Shown here: piece after piece, positions 1-13,600 of the stretch | How positions within the stretch are numbered: the stretch's first letter is position 1 | Layout of the letters: every line of letters starts with the position of its first letter | Source of the DNA: Pelomyxa schiedti | Taxonomy: Eukaryota > Protista > Evosea | Direction of reading: 5' to 3' | Assembly: GCA_020536535.1 (NCBI GenBank) | Contig: JAHLWZ010000830.1 | Location: 30,854-94,853 of the forward strand | DNA: 64,000 nt | Program-made: the position numbers and the translations under genes | The notes under the pieces: model-generated | Seen by the model: only the letters and a program-made list of their open reading frames with translations | The model's database searches: none | What the model was told of the DNA's origin: nothing

Positions 1-446
1 CCAAAGCATCCTTATCTCTATTCTTCAGCAAAAATGTCAGTCCCTCCAACATCTTTTTTTTTTTTTTTTGTTCAAGGTTAGAGCCCAAAACGTTGAACCA
101 CAGAAGAAGAAAAGAAGTACATAAATAATAAAAACCCACTTTTCCACAATAAAGATAGAGGAAGTGAATTCACAGAAACCTTCTGCACAGTGATGTAATT
201 GTCACTGAGTTCCACAGCCACAGTATCGCTTAGAGCTAAAATTCCCTCCAATGTACACACACTCCACTCATTCACTTGTGCATTGGCTCCATAGGCCAAT
301 CCACTACCAGCCCCATAATTGCCGTTGCTGCCGGTGCTGCCGAGAACAACGACACCCAAAACGAGTGCGACTAGAACGAGCTTGCGTAATGATACAACAT
401 AAATACAGCGGCGGCAGGGACCACCGAAGGAGCCACCAGGTTGCAT
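1..446 (-). CDS. Secreted/membrane protein, 5' part only (runs off the left edge)
   Basis: ATG at 446, MQPGGSFGG...RKLVLVALVLGVVVLGS hydrophobic segment, probable donor after VQK (~180). No recognisable domain. Confidence 0.45.
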
Positions 447-864
447 TCTTTTTTTTCTTCCGTTCTTTTCCGTTGTTGTTTGCTGTTTGTTGGATTGGAG
501 CGAATCGGCCAATTTGGTTGTACACAGATGTTAGGGGAAGTAACTGTTTTCGGGTTAATCGATGGCTCTTCCTCTTGTGGAAGTGTTGAAGTGAAGCGAC
601 ATCATTTTGTTTCTCCGCCGTCAGATAACTTTGGGAAAGCCCACAGGCCAATTTGGGTGCCGGGAGCAGGCAACAGAAAAAGGAACCCGTTACAATGAGC
701 CGAAGTATGGGGATTGTCCTTCCTGCTCCCCTGGTCGGTGATGCCCCAGACTGCAATGCTGTAGGTTGTCATATGATAGGTTGTGGTGATGTGGGAACAG
801 TAAGTATCTCTAAGGAACAACTGCTGTGCCCTACCACCAATCAATATATTTGGTCTTCGACGAA

Positions 865-3757
865 ATGCTTGCTGCTGAGCAGGTGGCAGTGCCACCCCCA
901 GTGCAGTTGCCATTGACGCCACCCACAGTTGTTGCAACTGCCACTCCAACGAGCGACGCACAAGCGCGCTCCGACGGAGCCACTGCCTACGGCGGGAACG
1001 ACGACGGACCAGCAGCAACAGAGGAGCGCCCGTCCGACAACCAACGCGACGAGTTGCGGCAGTCCACGGGGCCGCCAGCGCCGCCGACCCCGATGCTTCT
1101 CGCGGCGCATTCTGAGCAGTCGCAGTACGCCGACGCGGCGCCGCAGATCGAGGCCGAGGGCGACGCAGCGGTGGCGGCTCGGCCGGAGGAGCTGGTGCCT
1201 GAAGGGGAGGTTCCAGCGGTGAACGGCGATGATGGGACGAATGTCGGTGGTGCGGACAGTCTGTACCCGCAACGTGAAGACGGTGACAATGATAATGATA
1301 ATGTCAATGACAATGACAATGGCAGTGCGAGTGACAGTAACGCGGGGAGCATTATGGGACAGCTCGAGGTGGGGCAGGCTGAGGAGGAGGAGGACGACTA
1401 CGACAACATCGTGGTCTACGACGACGACCCGGGGGCATCACTCATCACCCCCGCGGCGCACAGCATACCCGCAATAATCCAAAAGACCGCATTATGGGAA
1501 TCGCTGGACCTCGACCGCAGCGAAAGCGCAAAGTCGAGGGAAGAAAGCACATCCCGGGGCCGAATTTTTTGGAAGCAAACTGTTCTCAGGTGGGGGTGTG
1601 TTGTTCTCATAGCATTGGTTACGGCTGCTGTTTCATTTGCTCTGGATACAGGCTCGGGATGGCTGCGCAAATTAACAATGGAAATCCTCGCCAGAATCGG
1701 TGATGGGTCAACAAAGCAGCGGATTGGCTGTGGATTGGTCTATGTTGTGTTTGGAATCACCTACATTGGGGTCGCGGGTGTGATAGTGTTGCTGTTTGAC
1801 CCGACGATGCGGGGTGCTACCTCTGATGCTCTGTGCTACCTCAACGGCATCGTCGTGGAGAACACACTCAAGGTTAAGAAGCTGGTTGCACACAGTGTCG
1901 CCCTTCTGTTTGTCACAGCAAGTCCAATGTGTGTGGGAAAACAAGACCCGTCACTGGCAATAGGGGCCCAGATAGGATACGCATCCAGCAAAATTGGGAG
2001 TTTCCACAACTTCTTTGATGAATATGACGTTCGGGATATGGTGAGCCCTCATCAATTTCTTCTCCCGTCTCTTTACACTCTTATTCTTTCTTAATAGCTT
2101 CTCGCAGGTAAGTATTGGGCTTGGAGCAGGAGTGGCAACTTCATTTGGTGCCCCAGCTGGGGCCGTGCTCTTCACTCTTGAAAACGGATTTCACTTTACA
2201 ACAACCCTATTGCAACAGCTGCTATTATGCTGCATGCTTGCTTGTTTTGCCCTCAGCTTTTTACTTTCTGGTCACAAAGGAGGTCAGTTCTTAACGCTTA
2301 AAGACTATTTACAGACCCACACATAGATGAATGGGGTGCTTTTACAATGGACAGTCTTTGTCACTTCGGTCAGTTCACAAATTCAATATTCAACATCAAG
2401 CAATTGATTGCTTTTATGCTGATGGGTATCGTTGGGGGACTCCTTGGGGCCCTATTCAATTTTCTGCACTTGTTGACAATAAGATTCCGCAGAACTATTT
2501 TTAAGACCCCAAGAAAGAAGTTTTTCGAAATACTAGTTATCACATTGATGACAGGAATTATTGCTGTAGTAATGTCCTCCACGTGTGTTCGATTCCATCC
2601 CGATTACATTCTAAGATATCTCCAGGTTGTCAAATTGCGTTGAGTTGTCGTCCGAGTCTGAAGTTCCTGATGCCAACAATGTTGAACTTCAAACTATATT
2701 TTGCCCAACAGGGTACTACAATCAGATGGCGACTATGTTCATGAACAGCCAAGAGTCTGCTCTTCACTTTCTTCTTCACGAGAAGGAAGTAGTTGACAAA
2801 GGCTTACTGGCAGCATTTGCAGTCACTTATCTGGCACTGAGTGTCTACAGCATTGGCAGTGGAGTACCAAGTGGTTATTTCATGCCAACACTGCTACTTG
2901 GAGCTACAGTTGGAAGGTTAGTGGGCGAGATGGCCAAAACATCCCTATCGAAACTGGATATAGACCCCGGCATTATGGCATACATCGGGTCTGCAGCTGT
3001 CTTTGGTGGAGTCAGCAGAATGACAATATCTCTGGCAGTTATACTCAGCGAAGCAGTAAACCAAGCCACGTGGTCCCTCTTCCTCGCCATAGCACTTATA
3101 ATATCCCGTTGGATAGGAGATATGTTCAACCCCGGAATCGCCGCCATGGACTTCAAACTCACAGGACATCCAGTACTTCCCTGGAGTGCACCGCGGATGC
3201 TATACCGATACAGTGTAACTGATGCCATGCACTCTCCGGTTGTATCACTACCAAAGAGGGTCACTCCTCACCAAGTTCAGAGAATTCTGGACACGACAAC
3301 ACACAATGGATTCGCCGTAGTAGGCGATTGGAGAATAGAGGACATCGAGAAGGGAATGACACAGCCACTGTGCGGTGTAATCACCCGAAAACAACTGGAT
3401 TCACTCCTCAGAGCCCATCAATCACAATCACAGGAGTACATTGGCGAAGAAGCCGGCGACCAAGGCGACCCTGAACTTAGACAGTCAAATGACGGCATGA
3501 TTGACCTGGAACCTCATGCCAGGCACGTGATAACTGTGCCCAGCAGCGTGAGCTGTGCAAGAGCATTCAACATTTTCCGCAGCCTTGGGCTCAGGCACTT
3601 GATTGTTGTGGATGGGCACAGCCGGCCTGTGGGAATGATAACAAGAAAGGACTTGTTCTCCATCCACAGGGTTTTGGTCGCAAGAGAAAAACGGCTGCAG
3701 CACACATCAGTGAGTTCACGCATAAGGGCTGCACTATATGGAAGTACTGTGCACTAA
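865..3757 (+). CDS. CLC-family chloride channel/transporter (CLC-6/7-like) with two C-terminal CBS domains; multi-exon
   Basis: WESLD N-terminal motif, CYLNG, GVATSFGAPAGAVLF, GLLGALFN, GVPSGYFMP, GGVSRMTISLAVI, TTTHNGFAVV, FRSLGLRHLIVVD..PVGMITRKDL. Introns near 2041-2110, 2283-2335 and ~2583-2626. Start codon uncertain. Confidence 0.92.
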
Positions 3758-5319
3758 CACTAAAAATCTGGCTGGTTCCAGGTTGTTCTCTTATTATGAA
3801 AGCGAGAAAAAAAAAGGAACCATCAGACTTCCAGAAAAACGAAAAGGGAGAAACCGTTACGGTTACGGCCATTGTGGGTGGACGAGGGAGAGTCATTGAC
3901 CAATCTAGATTGTTTGTCTCCGAGATAATCAGCACCCAAGTTGTTGTTTTGGTTTTGTGGGATCCACAACCAACACACGACAAGTCACTGTGACTAGTTG
4001 TTTTCACTCTGTGGCTTTCTTGTTTTCCAGAAAAAGTTCAGTGTCCAAAATGGCTTTCCGGCCGACATGCACTCACGATCAGGTTTTGGTTTCGGTGCCC
4101 GTGACAGATGGAAGCCCCGGTATGCTGCCCTATTTATGTCACCAATAAGTGCCTGCTAGGATCCCTTAGGTAGCGCTCCAATCCTGAGACAAGGTCTACT
4201 CGGTGTCATGTCACTGATGATTTGAAATGATCTTCTCATCAGTGAGGATTGTGAAGAATTGTAGAACCCTCAGAGGTGACAAGGGATTATTGTCTCCTCG
4301 ATTTTCGAATTGTCTGGCTCCAAGGTTCTGTGACTCAAATATTACTTCGGCTGTCACACAAGTCACTGTACAGTGGAGCGAATGGAAACTAAGCTACTGT
4401 TCGGTTCAAATAACTCGCTTCAACCAACGATATATTCACTTTTGTGAAGGTGATACTGTACAATCTCTTCCGTCTCGACTCGACACCAATCGAGTGACAT
4501 TGCAAAGTGTTGGAATACACTTCAAGCATTTTTTTAATCTGTGTCAGATTCCCTTTTTTTTTTGATTAACGTGGTGCCGCCCGGCGCTCAGATGGTATCA
4601 TGCCGTCACAGAGTCTGATCAAGTGTGGCAGCCGTCTTGTTACATGCTGGAAGTTTCATATCATCGATTTTCAAGTCTTTTTGGATTTAAATGCTTCGTG
4701 ATTAACACGGTTTGTGGGCTACGCTTTTCCACCTTCCATTAGGACCTCCCGAAAACAACTGTGAATTGAATCAGTGAAAACAAACATAAGTTACAAGATA
4801 TACCTGTAGAAAGCCAGGCGCAGTTACAAGTTGAGATTGGGGATGAAGTCATTGCTCCCAATTAATTCAAGGTTGTTACTATGTTCCGCAAATATCCCAC
4901 TGAATAACTTTGAACACACAGCTGCACAAAAAGGTCAAACAACGCAATACACGAAGATTCCATACCACAAAGCACAAAGAAAAATCTCCAAAGAATGGCA
5001 ATTCGTCACATAGGTGGATTTTGGCACGGAATACGCTGCCACCAAGCCCTGCATAGAGGAAGAAATCAACCATAAACAAACACAAATTTTGCAGCAAATA
5101 CCACGGGTAAAATATGGCGGAATAAAATAATCAACAGACCGGAACGCTGTACTTTTCGTTATCGTCGCTCAGGATCGGTGGTCTGGTGTTTTTTTTAATC
5201 AGCCATATTATGAAACGATACGCGAAGTCCATAACACGAAATCAAACGGCCCAAAAACGATGGGAAGGTCAAAAAGTAACGGTTCAACTGTCACTACACC
5301 CACGGCGAAAAGTCAACTG

Positions 5320-5404
5320 CATCATAACAGTGTTAGGGGAAGAAAGGGAGGAAGAAGGAAAACAACCCCATGATCCATCATGAAATCGACTTCGAATTTT
5401 CCGC
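5320..5404 (+). repeat. 85-bp direct repeat, copy 1
   Basis: catcataacagtgttaggggaagaaagggaggaagaaggaaaacaaccccatgatccatcatgaaatcgacttcgaattttccgc recurs at 5706-5790 with one mismatch. Confidence 0.95.
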
Positions 5405-5705
5405 ACTTGTAGTAGTAGTAGTACCTAGTACCTGCATCATGACGGAACAACTTAACAACAACATGACTTGGCTTCTTTTCCGGTTTGTTAAATCACAATC
5501 TCATATTATTAATAATAACCATGACGGGGAGAGGGGAGGGTATAGTGTAAACATAACAACTCAAATACCATCATAACTGGCACAAAATCCATACCCATTC
5601 ACACCAGATCGCCAGAGAGTATAAATAAAACAAACCATAAGTCAACTGCACCTGCAAATTCAATCACGCTTATAAATGTAATGTAATTAAAACAACCATG
5701 ACTGA

Positions 5706-5790
5706 CATCATAACAGTGTTAGGGGAAGAAAGGGAGGAAGAAGGAAAACAACCCCATGATCCATCATGAAATCGACTTCGCATTTTCCGC
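5706..5790 (+). repeat. 85-bp direct repeat, copy 2
   Basis: Near-identical to 5320-5404. Confidence 0.95.
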
Positions 5791-7257
5791 TTCCCTTTTG
5801 CACATTAATTACGGTGGTAAACACCTTTTTACCTTTATTTCTTTTGTAGTGCCTCCTTTGTGTGCTCTTTTGCTTATTCACGTGGCCACAAAACAAAAGA
5901 AAAAAGGGAAAACGAAGGTGGTCTTTTGTCGTTGTTTGTTTGGTTGTTTTTTCTTAGTTGTAGGAACCCAGTCGATGGTCTTGTTTTTTTTAAAAAAAAT
6001 GCCGAAATGGTTCATAAATTTGCCTCCTAGCAAAAACAATACGATTTTATGCAACTGCGGCCAGATCTGTCTTTTAGAATTTTAGAACTTCAGCTCGCAG
6101 TGGTCTGAACAGAGGAAAAGTTTTGGCTGGGGTGTTTGGTGCTGGCAGCCCTCTTTCATTTGCCATGCCCATTCATTGAGAGAGTGTTATGATTGATGAA
6201 TGGATACCCTAAATCCATATGATCGCAGTGTATCGATGTAGCTGCACCCAAAAAAGCAGCATCCACACCAGACAGGATATTGACGAGTTCATCAATCTTT
6301 GAGTTGAGCAAAAAACAGTTGAATGGGATGTTTTTGGTGTCTATGTTTTTCCACCAATATTCTTGGGATGCATGGAAAGATTTCAATCATGAATTCGATA
6401 ATACACTGAATGAGACAACAGACAGAACACGCGAACAGTGGAGTGCCTTTCTGAAAGGAATGGTGTATTTAGCATGCATTTAACACACTGACAAAAGCTG
6501 TAATCACCTTCCAGGTCATCTGGTTCCAGGTGATACTGCTTGAACTGGGAGAGACGGGAACATAAAGCACTCCCAACTTAAGATTCATTAAGAATGTAGC
6601 CTAGCAGCTATTCTCCAGGAAGCCCACAAAAAAAAGTTGTGTGCTTGTAAAAATATGCGCCAGTACTTCCACTTTTGTGCGATTATTGTTCAACAGTAAA
6701 CTTTCACCACCCATAGCCGACAAACCCACACTCTTCCAAACAACAAAATCGAATACAGGTCCCCTTCAGTGATTGCCCTCGACGGTCAAGTTAAAGGCCC
6801 ATCACTGTGGTTGATCCTTTGTTCCATTAACCCATCACGTTCCCGAACCGTTGTTTCGTTGCATGTCTTTTTCTTCAGATTTCATCCAAGTCAAAGAAAG
6901 TCGTTGTGGGTGCCGGTACAAGAGCGGTCGTGCACCCGCCGATTAATATGATGACGATTGCACGTGTAATCGCGTGTTCCCACCACGATTATGGGAGGTG
7001 GTGCACACATGTCCCGCCGCTCTCACTACGAACAGAATGGGATGGACGGGCATCGGGGGAAACAAAAACCAACTCGGCAGGGGGGGTGGAGGAATTCAGT
7101 GATGGGATGGGGGCCCCTCGACGTTCGGGGCCGAGGGACATGACACTGACAAAACATATATGCGTGGCACATTCTCTGAAGTAAATGGCAACGTGCAGAC
7201 AAAATTTTCCCCAAATGCAAAACAACAAAAGAAAAAACCCAAGGCAACAAGGAGGAG

Positions 7258-8633
7258 ATGAACGCCACACTGGAACGAAGAACAAGAGTAGATCCCCGCG
7301 CTGTTTACGTATATGGTCTCCACAGGGACACGACAAAAGAGCAAGTCTCGAACGCGTTACAATGCTTGGGAACCGTAGATAGTTTGGGCAACATATCTGT
7401 GTACGTGGTTTATTTGATTTTGTCTCCTATCATGCACTGCATTGCGCCGCTTTTTGCAGTGGATTTCGCTTTTTCTCATTTCACACAACGAGATATAACT
7501 TACTGTACTTTAACCAAACACCACACAGACCGTTCCTCGTGACCACTCCAAAGCGTTCCTGCCAAGGGCATGGGCAGGTAGCGTACTGCTGGGCGTATTA
7601 CAATACCCCCTTGGAGGCTGCTCACGCAATCAATATGGGGAAGTTCACGTACCGCATATCTCCGCTTACGGGGGGATCTAGGTCGTGGGAGGCTTATATT
7701 CGAGCTCCCTTTGCAGAACATTTCGATAGTTGTCCAAATGCGGGTGCAGTTCCCAACCCGCAACCGGCACCACTACAGGCGTCTCACCGTCCCTTGAGCC
7801 AGCCGGTTCCTCCCACCTTCTCCAATACACCACCACCCTTCTTTACTGCGTTCCATCCTCATCCTCCTCCACTGTTCCCTGGGTTCTTCCCTCCTCAACC
7901 ACCCGCATTTCATGGGCCCTTACCTCAATTCCCATTTGCATCTGCCACATTCCCGCAGCAGCCTCCACCCAATAACTTCGCATTCTTCACTCCTGCGTGT
8001 GCTGGCATAGTTCCACCACATCCGCCTTCTCCAGCCCAACCCAGTTCATCTTCCACAGCACAGTGTGCATCCTTCGTACCTTCCACACCAGTTACTCCTC
8101 CTGTTGCTCCGTTTGTGTTCGCTCAATCATGTGCATCGCCCTCATTCCCCGCTGCAATGTCTTCAACCTCGTCATCTTGTTCCGCAGCTACATATGCAGA
8201 TGCCGCGTCAACCACGCCTCTGTCTGACCCTCCTTCTACTCAGCCGCCTAATGTAACAGCCGCGGCTACGGCTACGTCTACATCTCCGGCTCCCACTGTT
8301 GTTTTGGAAGAGCAAGAAGAAGATGAGGAACACAATGACCAGCAGTACGAAAGGAGCCGTGATGATGACCACGAGCAGGAGTATAATGATGATAACGCCG
8401 AGAATGAGGATGAGGACTCCGACGAGCAGCAGTTCATTGTAACTCGTGGCCAGTTGTTACAAGAATGGCAATATTTCTTTGAAGCTGGACGTGCCACTCA
8501 ATCTGCCATGAACACGGGCCTTTTTGAAAATAGACCTGAGTGGGGGAAGTTCAGGGTGGCTGAGACTGAGGAAGTAGTATTGAGCCAGGGAACCTCCACT
8601 ACCACCTCCCACAAGATGGACGAAATAGACTAA
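7258..8633 (+). CDS. RRM-domain protein with Pro/Phe-rich and acidic low-complexity tail
   Basis: RNP2-like AVYVYGLHRDTTKEQVSNALQCLGTV, intron ~7401-7529, RNP1-like AYCWAYYNTPLEAAHAI. Confidence 0.6.
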
Positions 8634-8815
8634 AAGACTTGCTGCAGGCAAACAAACAAAAATAAAGAGCAATCTTAGTGGGAATCATAAAAAAAGTTTC
8701 TTTTTGAGTACATTCTGAAGCAGTACGCCACACTTTGTTTTGTTTTGTTGTAAGTGCTTGGAATCCAGTTAGTTTTGACAAAGAGTCTTTGTCAAAGAGG
8801 CTCAAATTGAGCCAC

Positions 8816-10389
8816 TCAATTATGTCTTTTCCATTTGTTGGTGGTGGTGTCAAATGTAAATGTTGGGCGATGGTTCCTTGGTGGTTTGTTAGTCCACCAA
8901 ATGTAACTGTAGGTCTCCTTGTTTTCCTTCTTTGGTGCAGATGTGAGGTCCGCAAACATGGCCGCCCTGGTTGGGTGTGAGTTTATAAGAAAGAGCAATG
9001 TGGTGTCAACCTTTCTGAATCAATTTTGCCGTCACGGGTTTCCACTTGTTGTCTGAAGGCCTCAAGACCTTCACTGGACGCCTCTTTATAACACACGGCC
9101 ATGAACATATCCTTAATCAAACTCATCTGCTTCAACAGCAAAAATACACCACCAGATTGCTCTGCCAGCTCCCGGTAGAAAACGGCTGGTTCACTGGTCT
9201 TGGATTGTATGGCAAGAACACCATAGACTTTGATTCCCATAGTGACTAGCCTCTCAAGTTCTGTTCTCCAGTTAATATTCTCGGTGGTATAATGAGCTGG
9301 ATGGGGAGGAGAGTCTCCTATAACAACAAGAGCCCTGTTCGGGCTGTTCCAAGATAGCTTCTGTGCCTCTCTATGTATAGGTCAAACAGGAAATCTTACA
9401 AATTGTTACACTACCTGAGCATAAGTTCGTATGCCTCTGGAATATCATCACCACCTGTTGCTTTCACTTCATTCACCCATTTGCATAGAACGGTTGCATT
9501 ATTTGTGAGGTCAAGACTAGTGACAACGTATGTTGTGGCATCATCACCATAGTCACCAACAGCCATGACACTGAGGTAAATATGAGGAGGTTGAGGCAAT
9601 CAGTGGAATATCTCTTACCCAATTTTGATATTTGGTACATCAGCAATAAGTGCAGCCACCATTTTCGATAAATCAGCTCGGAGTTGTACAAGAACAGAGT
9701 ACATGCTCCCTGAGGAAAAAAGGTAAGGTTATCTGCAACTGAGTGGGGGGGGAAAAAAGAAGAAGAAGAAGAAACAAACCCGTTGTGTCGAAGGCAAACA
9801 CGACCTCAATGTCCTTTGAGGAAGCCGCGAAGGAGGAGACCAACTGGGCCTTGATGAACTCAGCATCCGGCTCAGGGGTGTGTGTAGCCGCGCTCGTTGT
9901 AGTTGTGGTGGAACTGGATGCAGAAGAAGTAGGTGTAGGCTTTCCTCCCTTTCCTCCCTTTCCACCCTTCTTTTTGCCCTTGCCTTTCCCTGGCATAACT
10001 TCCTCAGTGGCAGGGGCTTCGTGCGTAGCAGACTTCGAATACGAAGTAGTAGAAGTTGATGTAGACGTAGACGTAGTAGTTGTTGACGACGGAGGAGGAA
10101 TGGAAGCAGAGGGCTTCGCAGCCGGCGTCGTAGCGGTTGGCGTCGCTGCGACGGGAGTGGGAGATGTGGCCAGCGGCACGATGAGAACGAGGGTGGATTC
10201 CTTGACTACACCACATATGGCTAGAGTGGCGTCATCTGACAAGGTCTTGCCGGAAAAGAGCAGCTTTTGAGACGCTGTCGGCGCACCGGTTTTGTCCAAG
10301 ATCTTCTGCTTGAGGCTTGCCACCGTGTCAGAAGGATCTACCTCCATGGACAACGTGCTACCCATCAGTGTCTTTACGAAGATAAGCAT
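8816..10389 (-). CDS. Ubiquitin-like domain + von Willebrand A (vWA) domain protein; multi-exon
   Basis: MLIFVKTLMGSTLSMEVDPSDTVASLKQKI..QKLLFSGKTLSD..KESTLVL (Ubl, no C-terminal GG), T/S/P linker, VVFAFDTTG|SM (MIDAS), GGDDIPEAYELMLR, ALVVIGDSPPHP. Last exon ends KWKRHN*. Confidence 0.85.
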
Positions 10390-10682
10390 CTTTGCTGCTG
10401 CACCTCAAGTACCCTCTGTAACAGTGTCGATTTTTTATTTTTTTTATTCTGTTTTGTTTGTATTTCGCAACGATTCATCTGATTGGCATTCTCTTTCTTG
10501 GTCTGGAACAATTGGGTTTCAATGTGGCAAAGTCAACTCAGGAATCGAGTTGACTCGTCACGCCAAAGGCCATCAACAGTGGCGCAGGGCAGTAGTGTCA
10601 AAGAATTCGGTGGAGGTGGTTTGATGAAAAAGAAAGGATTTCCTCAGATCGCGTGAACCCTGCTTTTCGTAAAGTACCATCC

Positions 10683-13600
10683 ATGTACGCGTTCGGATCT
10701 CCGAGGGTGTTCGAGACAAATGCTGCAGAAGAAATCCTCTCTGTGCATCGCACGCGGCCCAGTGATCTTGTGTCTTCTTCCGCAGATCCGGCATTGGCGG
10801 CGTCACTTCCTGCCACGATCAATTTGATAGCACACGTATCGCGGAGTACTGTTGGTGTTTGGTCGGGCGGGAGGTACAGAGTTTTGTGCGGCACACTCGC
10901 TCCTACTACTTGGGCCAAGACCGGCAAATTTGCCAAGTTCACGTGGGGACCACAACCACTAGTGCCCTCTGACAACTTGTGCTTTGCTGTATCGGTGAGA
11001 TGTTATTTCTAGTTCATGTTCTATCTTGACACCCTTTATGAAGACCGAACTTGGATATATTCACATCTATAAACTGACTTTCAAATCCCGTCCTGAACAA
11101 TCTGTTTGTCAATTTACTTCGACTTCAAACCTTTCCAACAGCAAACAATGAATAAAAAAAAAAGGATATTGGAGAGTACATCACCCCCTTGCCTCCTCTT
11201 ATCACTTTTGGAGTTCCCACGACGCTTTACACTACGCACGGTCCCTACTCCAAGTAGATATTCTTTTATCCCATTTTTCTTTCCCCTCCTTTGAAAAATT
11301 CTAATTTTGCCACACTCCAGTCTTTTACAATTTCGTGACTCTCTTGTTGTAATTGGAAAAGACAACGTTTTGTCCACCTTTTCATGGAAGGGTACATTCA
11401 TTGGAGAAAAGAATTTAACCCCCCATATTGCCCTCTCTCCCGACCGATGGTGTGTTGACTTGATGTTCAAGTTGCATTTTTTACCACTTATTTTATGTAT
11501 GAAGTGCAGATTGTATCACTTTTTCCATGTCATCTTCCAATATGGGAGTATTTGGCTTTGTCACAGCCCAAGGATGTGTGTTGCTGATGAACTTTCCTCG
11601 TGTATGTGTTTGATGTATTAAATTTTCTTACTATTTCTCAATGTAACCAGTGGCCATGTACATCAGCAGAGGACCCAGTATGCATAGGTCTGAGCTGTTC
11701 GGATGCCACATGCCTTGCCTTTTCCTGTTCGTCACGATTGGTGGCTGTTGGGAGACAGAGGTGAATTCTCACTTATCCTCTTAATATATCTCAATTTTTT
11801 TCTCCCCACCTCATCCTTTACCTTCTGAAGTGGCCACGTGTCTTGCTTCTTGGTGCCACAGCAATCCAACTTTCTCCCAGAACATGTTTCCATTGAACCG
11901 TTATTCACAATAACCATGACTCCCTGGGGCGTATCACCCGCAGGTTCTATCACGCCGTACTTTTTTGCTTTGTTGTGTTCTGGGGGTAATTTATCTCTTT
12001 CTAGATACTGGTGCAGTGACAGCCTTGTGTTGGTCACATAAATGTGAAAGCCTGGCTGTTGCTTGGAGTACGAGAGGGATTTCCGTTTGGTCCCCACGTG
12101 GAAATAGATATATGTGTAGTTTTTCTCAAGCAAGGCAAGTGGTTCATATCCAAACCATCTTATTTTTGTCTAGTTTGGAAAACAACTTAGTAGACCCCCT
12201 GTTCCATGCTGGCGCAATAGCTCTTGTACACTATCTTTACTTCACATTTGAGGCTCACTTTGTTAAAAAAAAAAAAGGAATGGGACTCAAGCGGGTACTA
12301 TTTGATTGTCTGCTCGAAATCCAAACCACATGAACTCATACAGTTGCCTTTTGCTATTTTATCGATTTATACAAACCCAACATGGGTGGGTATAAACTAC
12401 TTTTTAGGGTTTTTTTTTAAATGACTCAACTATGATCTTCAAGCATTCCAGCCATGATGTAGTGCTTATTGGAGAAGACCGTTTATTGCTTCTTAAGTAC
12501 TCTGATTCACTTGGTAGCACAAGTTGGGTTCATCTACCGGTTAGTTGCCTCATTTGTATAACAGCAAACAAAAAGCCAACCAGTTTCTATTGTTAGATAC
12601 CACAGCTATATTTGCAGGACAATTGGCCTGTGGTGGTATGAATTTGTTTATACTCATTGAAGATAAATTAATTTGGGAAAGCATTCTGCAATGAATCGAA
12701 CAGGCACTCACATTGCTGTTGCTGGGAAGAATGGTGTAGCAATTTACCACTTCATTGGTAATCGGTGGAGACTGTTTGGTAATCAATCTGAGGTAAGTGT
12801 ACAATATTGTTGTATAAGGTCTAACAACTTCAGGAAAAGGATATCTCGAGCGTTGGATTATGTTGGTACAAAAGAGTCATAATCATTCTTTCACCAAACA
12901 GAAAAACTGGGAGTACTCAGGTTGGTTATTTAAGATTAGTACTCTTTTCCACTGATAATTTTTATTGCAGGTTCTGATGTATTCCTCTGATCACCTTTCT
13001 AATTCCAGTCGACTTCACGCTTCTGAACTTCCAAATAAACGGAAACCCGTTCTCTGTGACTGCAATGACAGTGACCTCGTCATATTTACAGAAGACAATT
13101 TCCTCTACCAATATCACATTTCCTGCACCACACAAGGAGAAAGTACTCCTGACACTCCTGATGTTCTCTGTGTTTCTCACTTATCCATTAGCAATGAAAG
13201 CCATCCAACTCACCAAGGCGTACCAAATATCAATGGCAGTAGTCCAAAGTCCGTATTCTCTTTGCCTTCTTTCTCCTGAATCGGAGTGTAGAATGTGTGT
13301 AGGCTTAACCCTCTCTGAAACAACAAGTTAAATTCCTGCAATCAGACACCCAGCCAAGCTCCTATTTCTACACCCACAGGGTAGCCTTGTATTTGTTGAT
13401 ATGTCAGAGGGGCAACGAGTATTAGTTCTCTCAAATCAATGCCTAAGTAAACTTCTTTTCCCACAGCAAGAACTGGCAACAGACGCTGTACAATTTTGGG
13501 TTTCGGAAACTCCATGCTTGAAGGGAATACCCCCAATGTTATGGACACAGGGTGCTGCCGGAATACAAGTATGTCTGATTATACTACAGCAAACTCATTG

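Noticed and set aside
6156-6600. Short ORFs on both strands
   Set aside because: No recognisable motif; may be a gene relic but cannot be supported.
10170-10389. Ubiquitin/NEDD8 gene
   Set aside because: No C-terminal GG; the frame continues into a linker and vWA domain.
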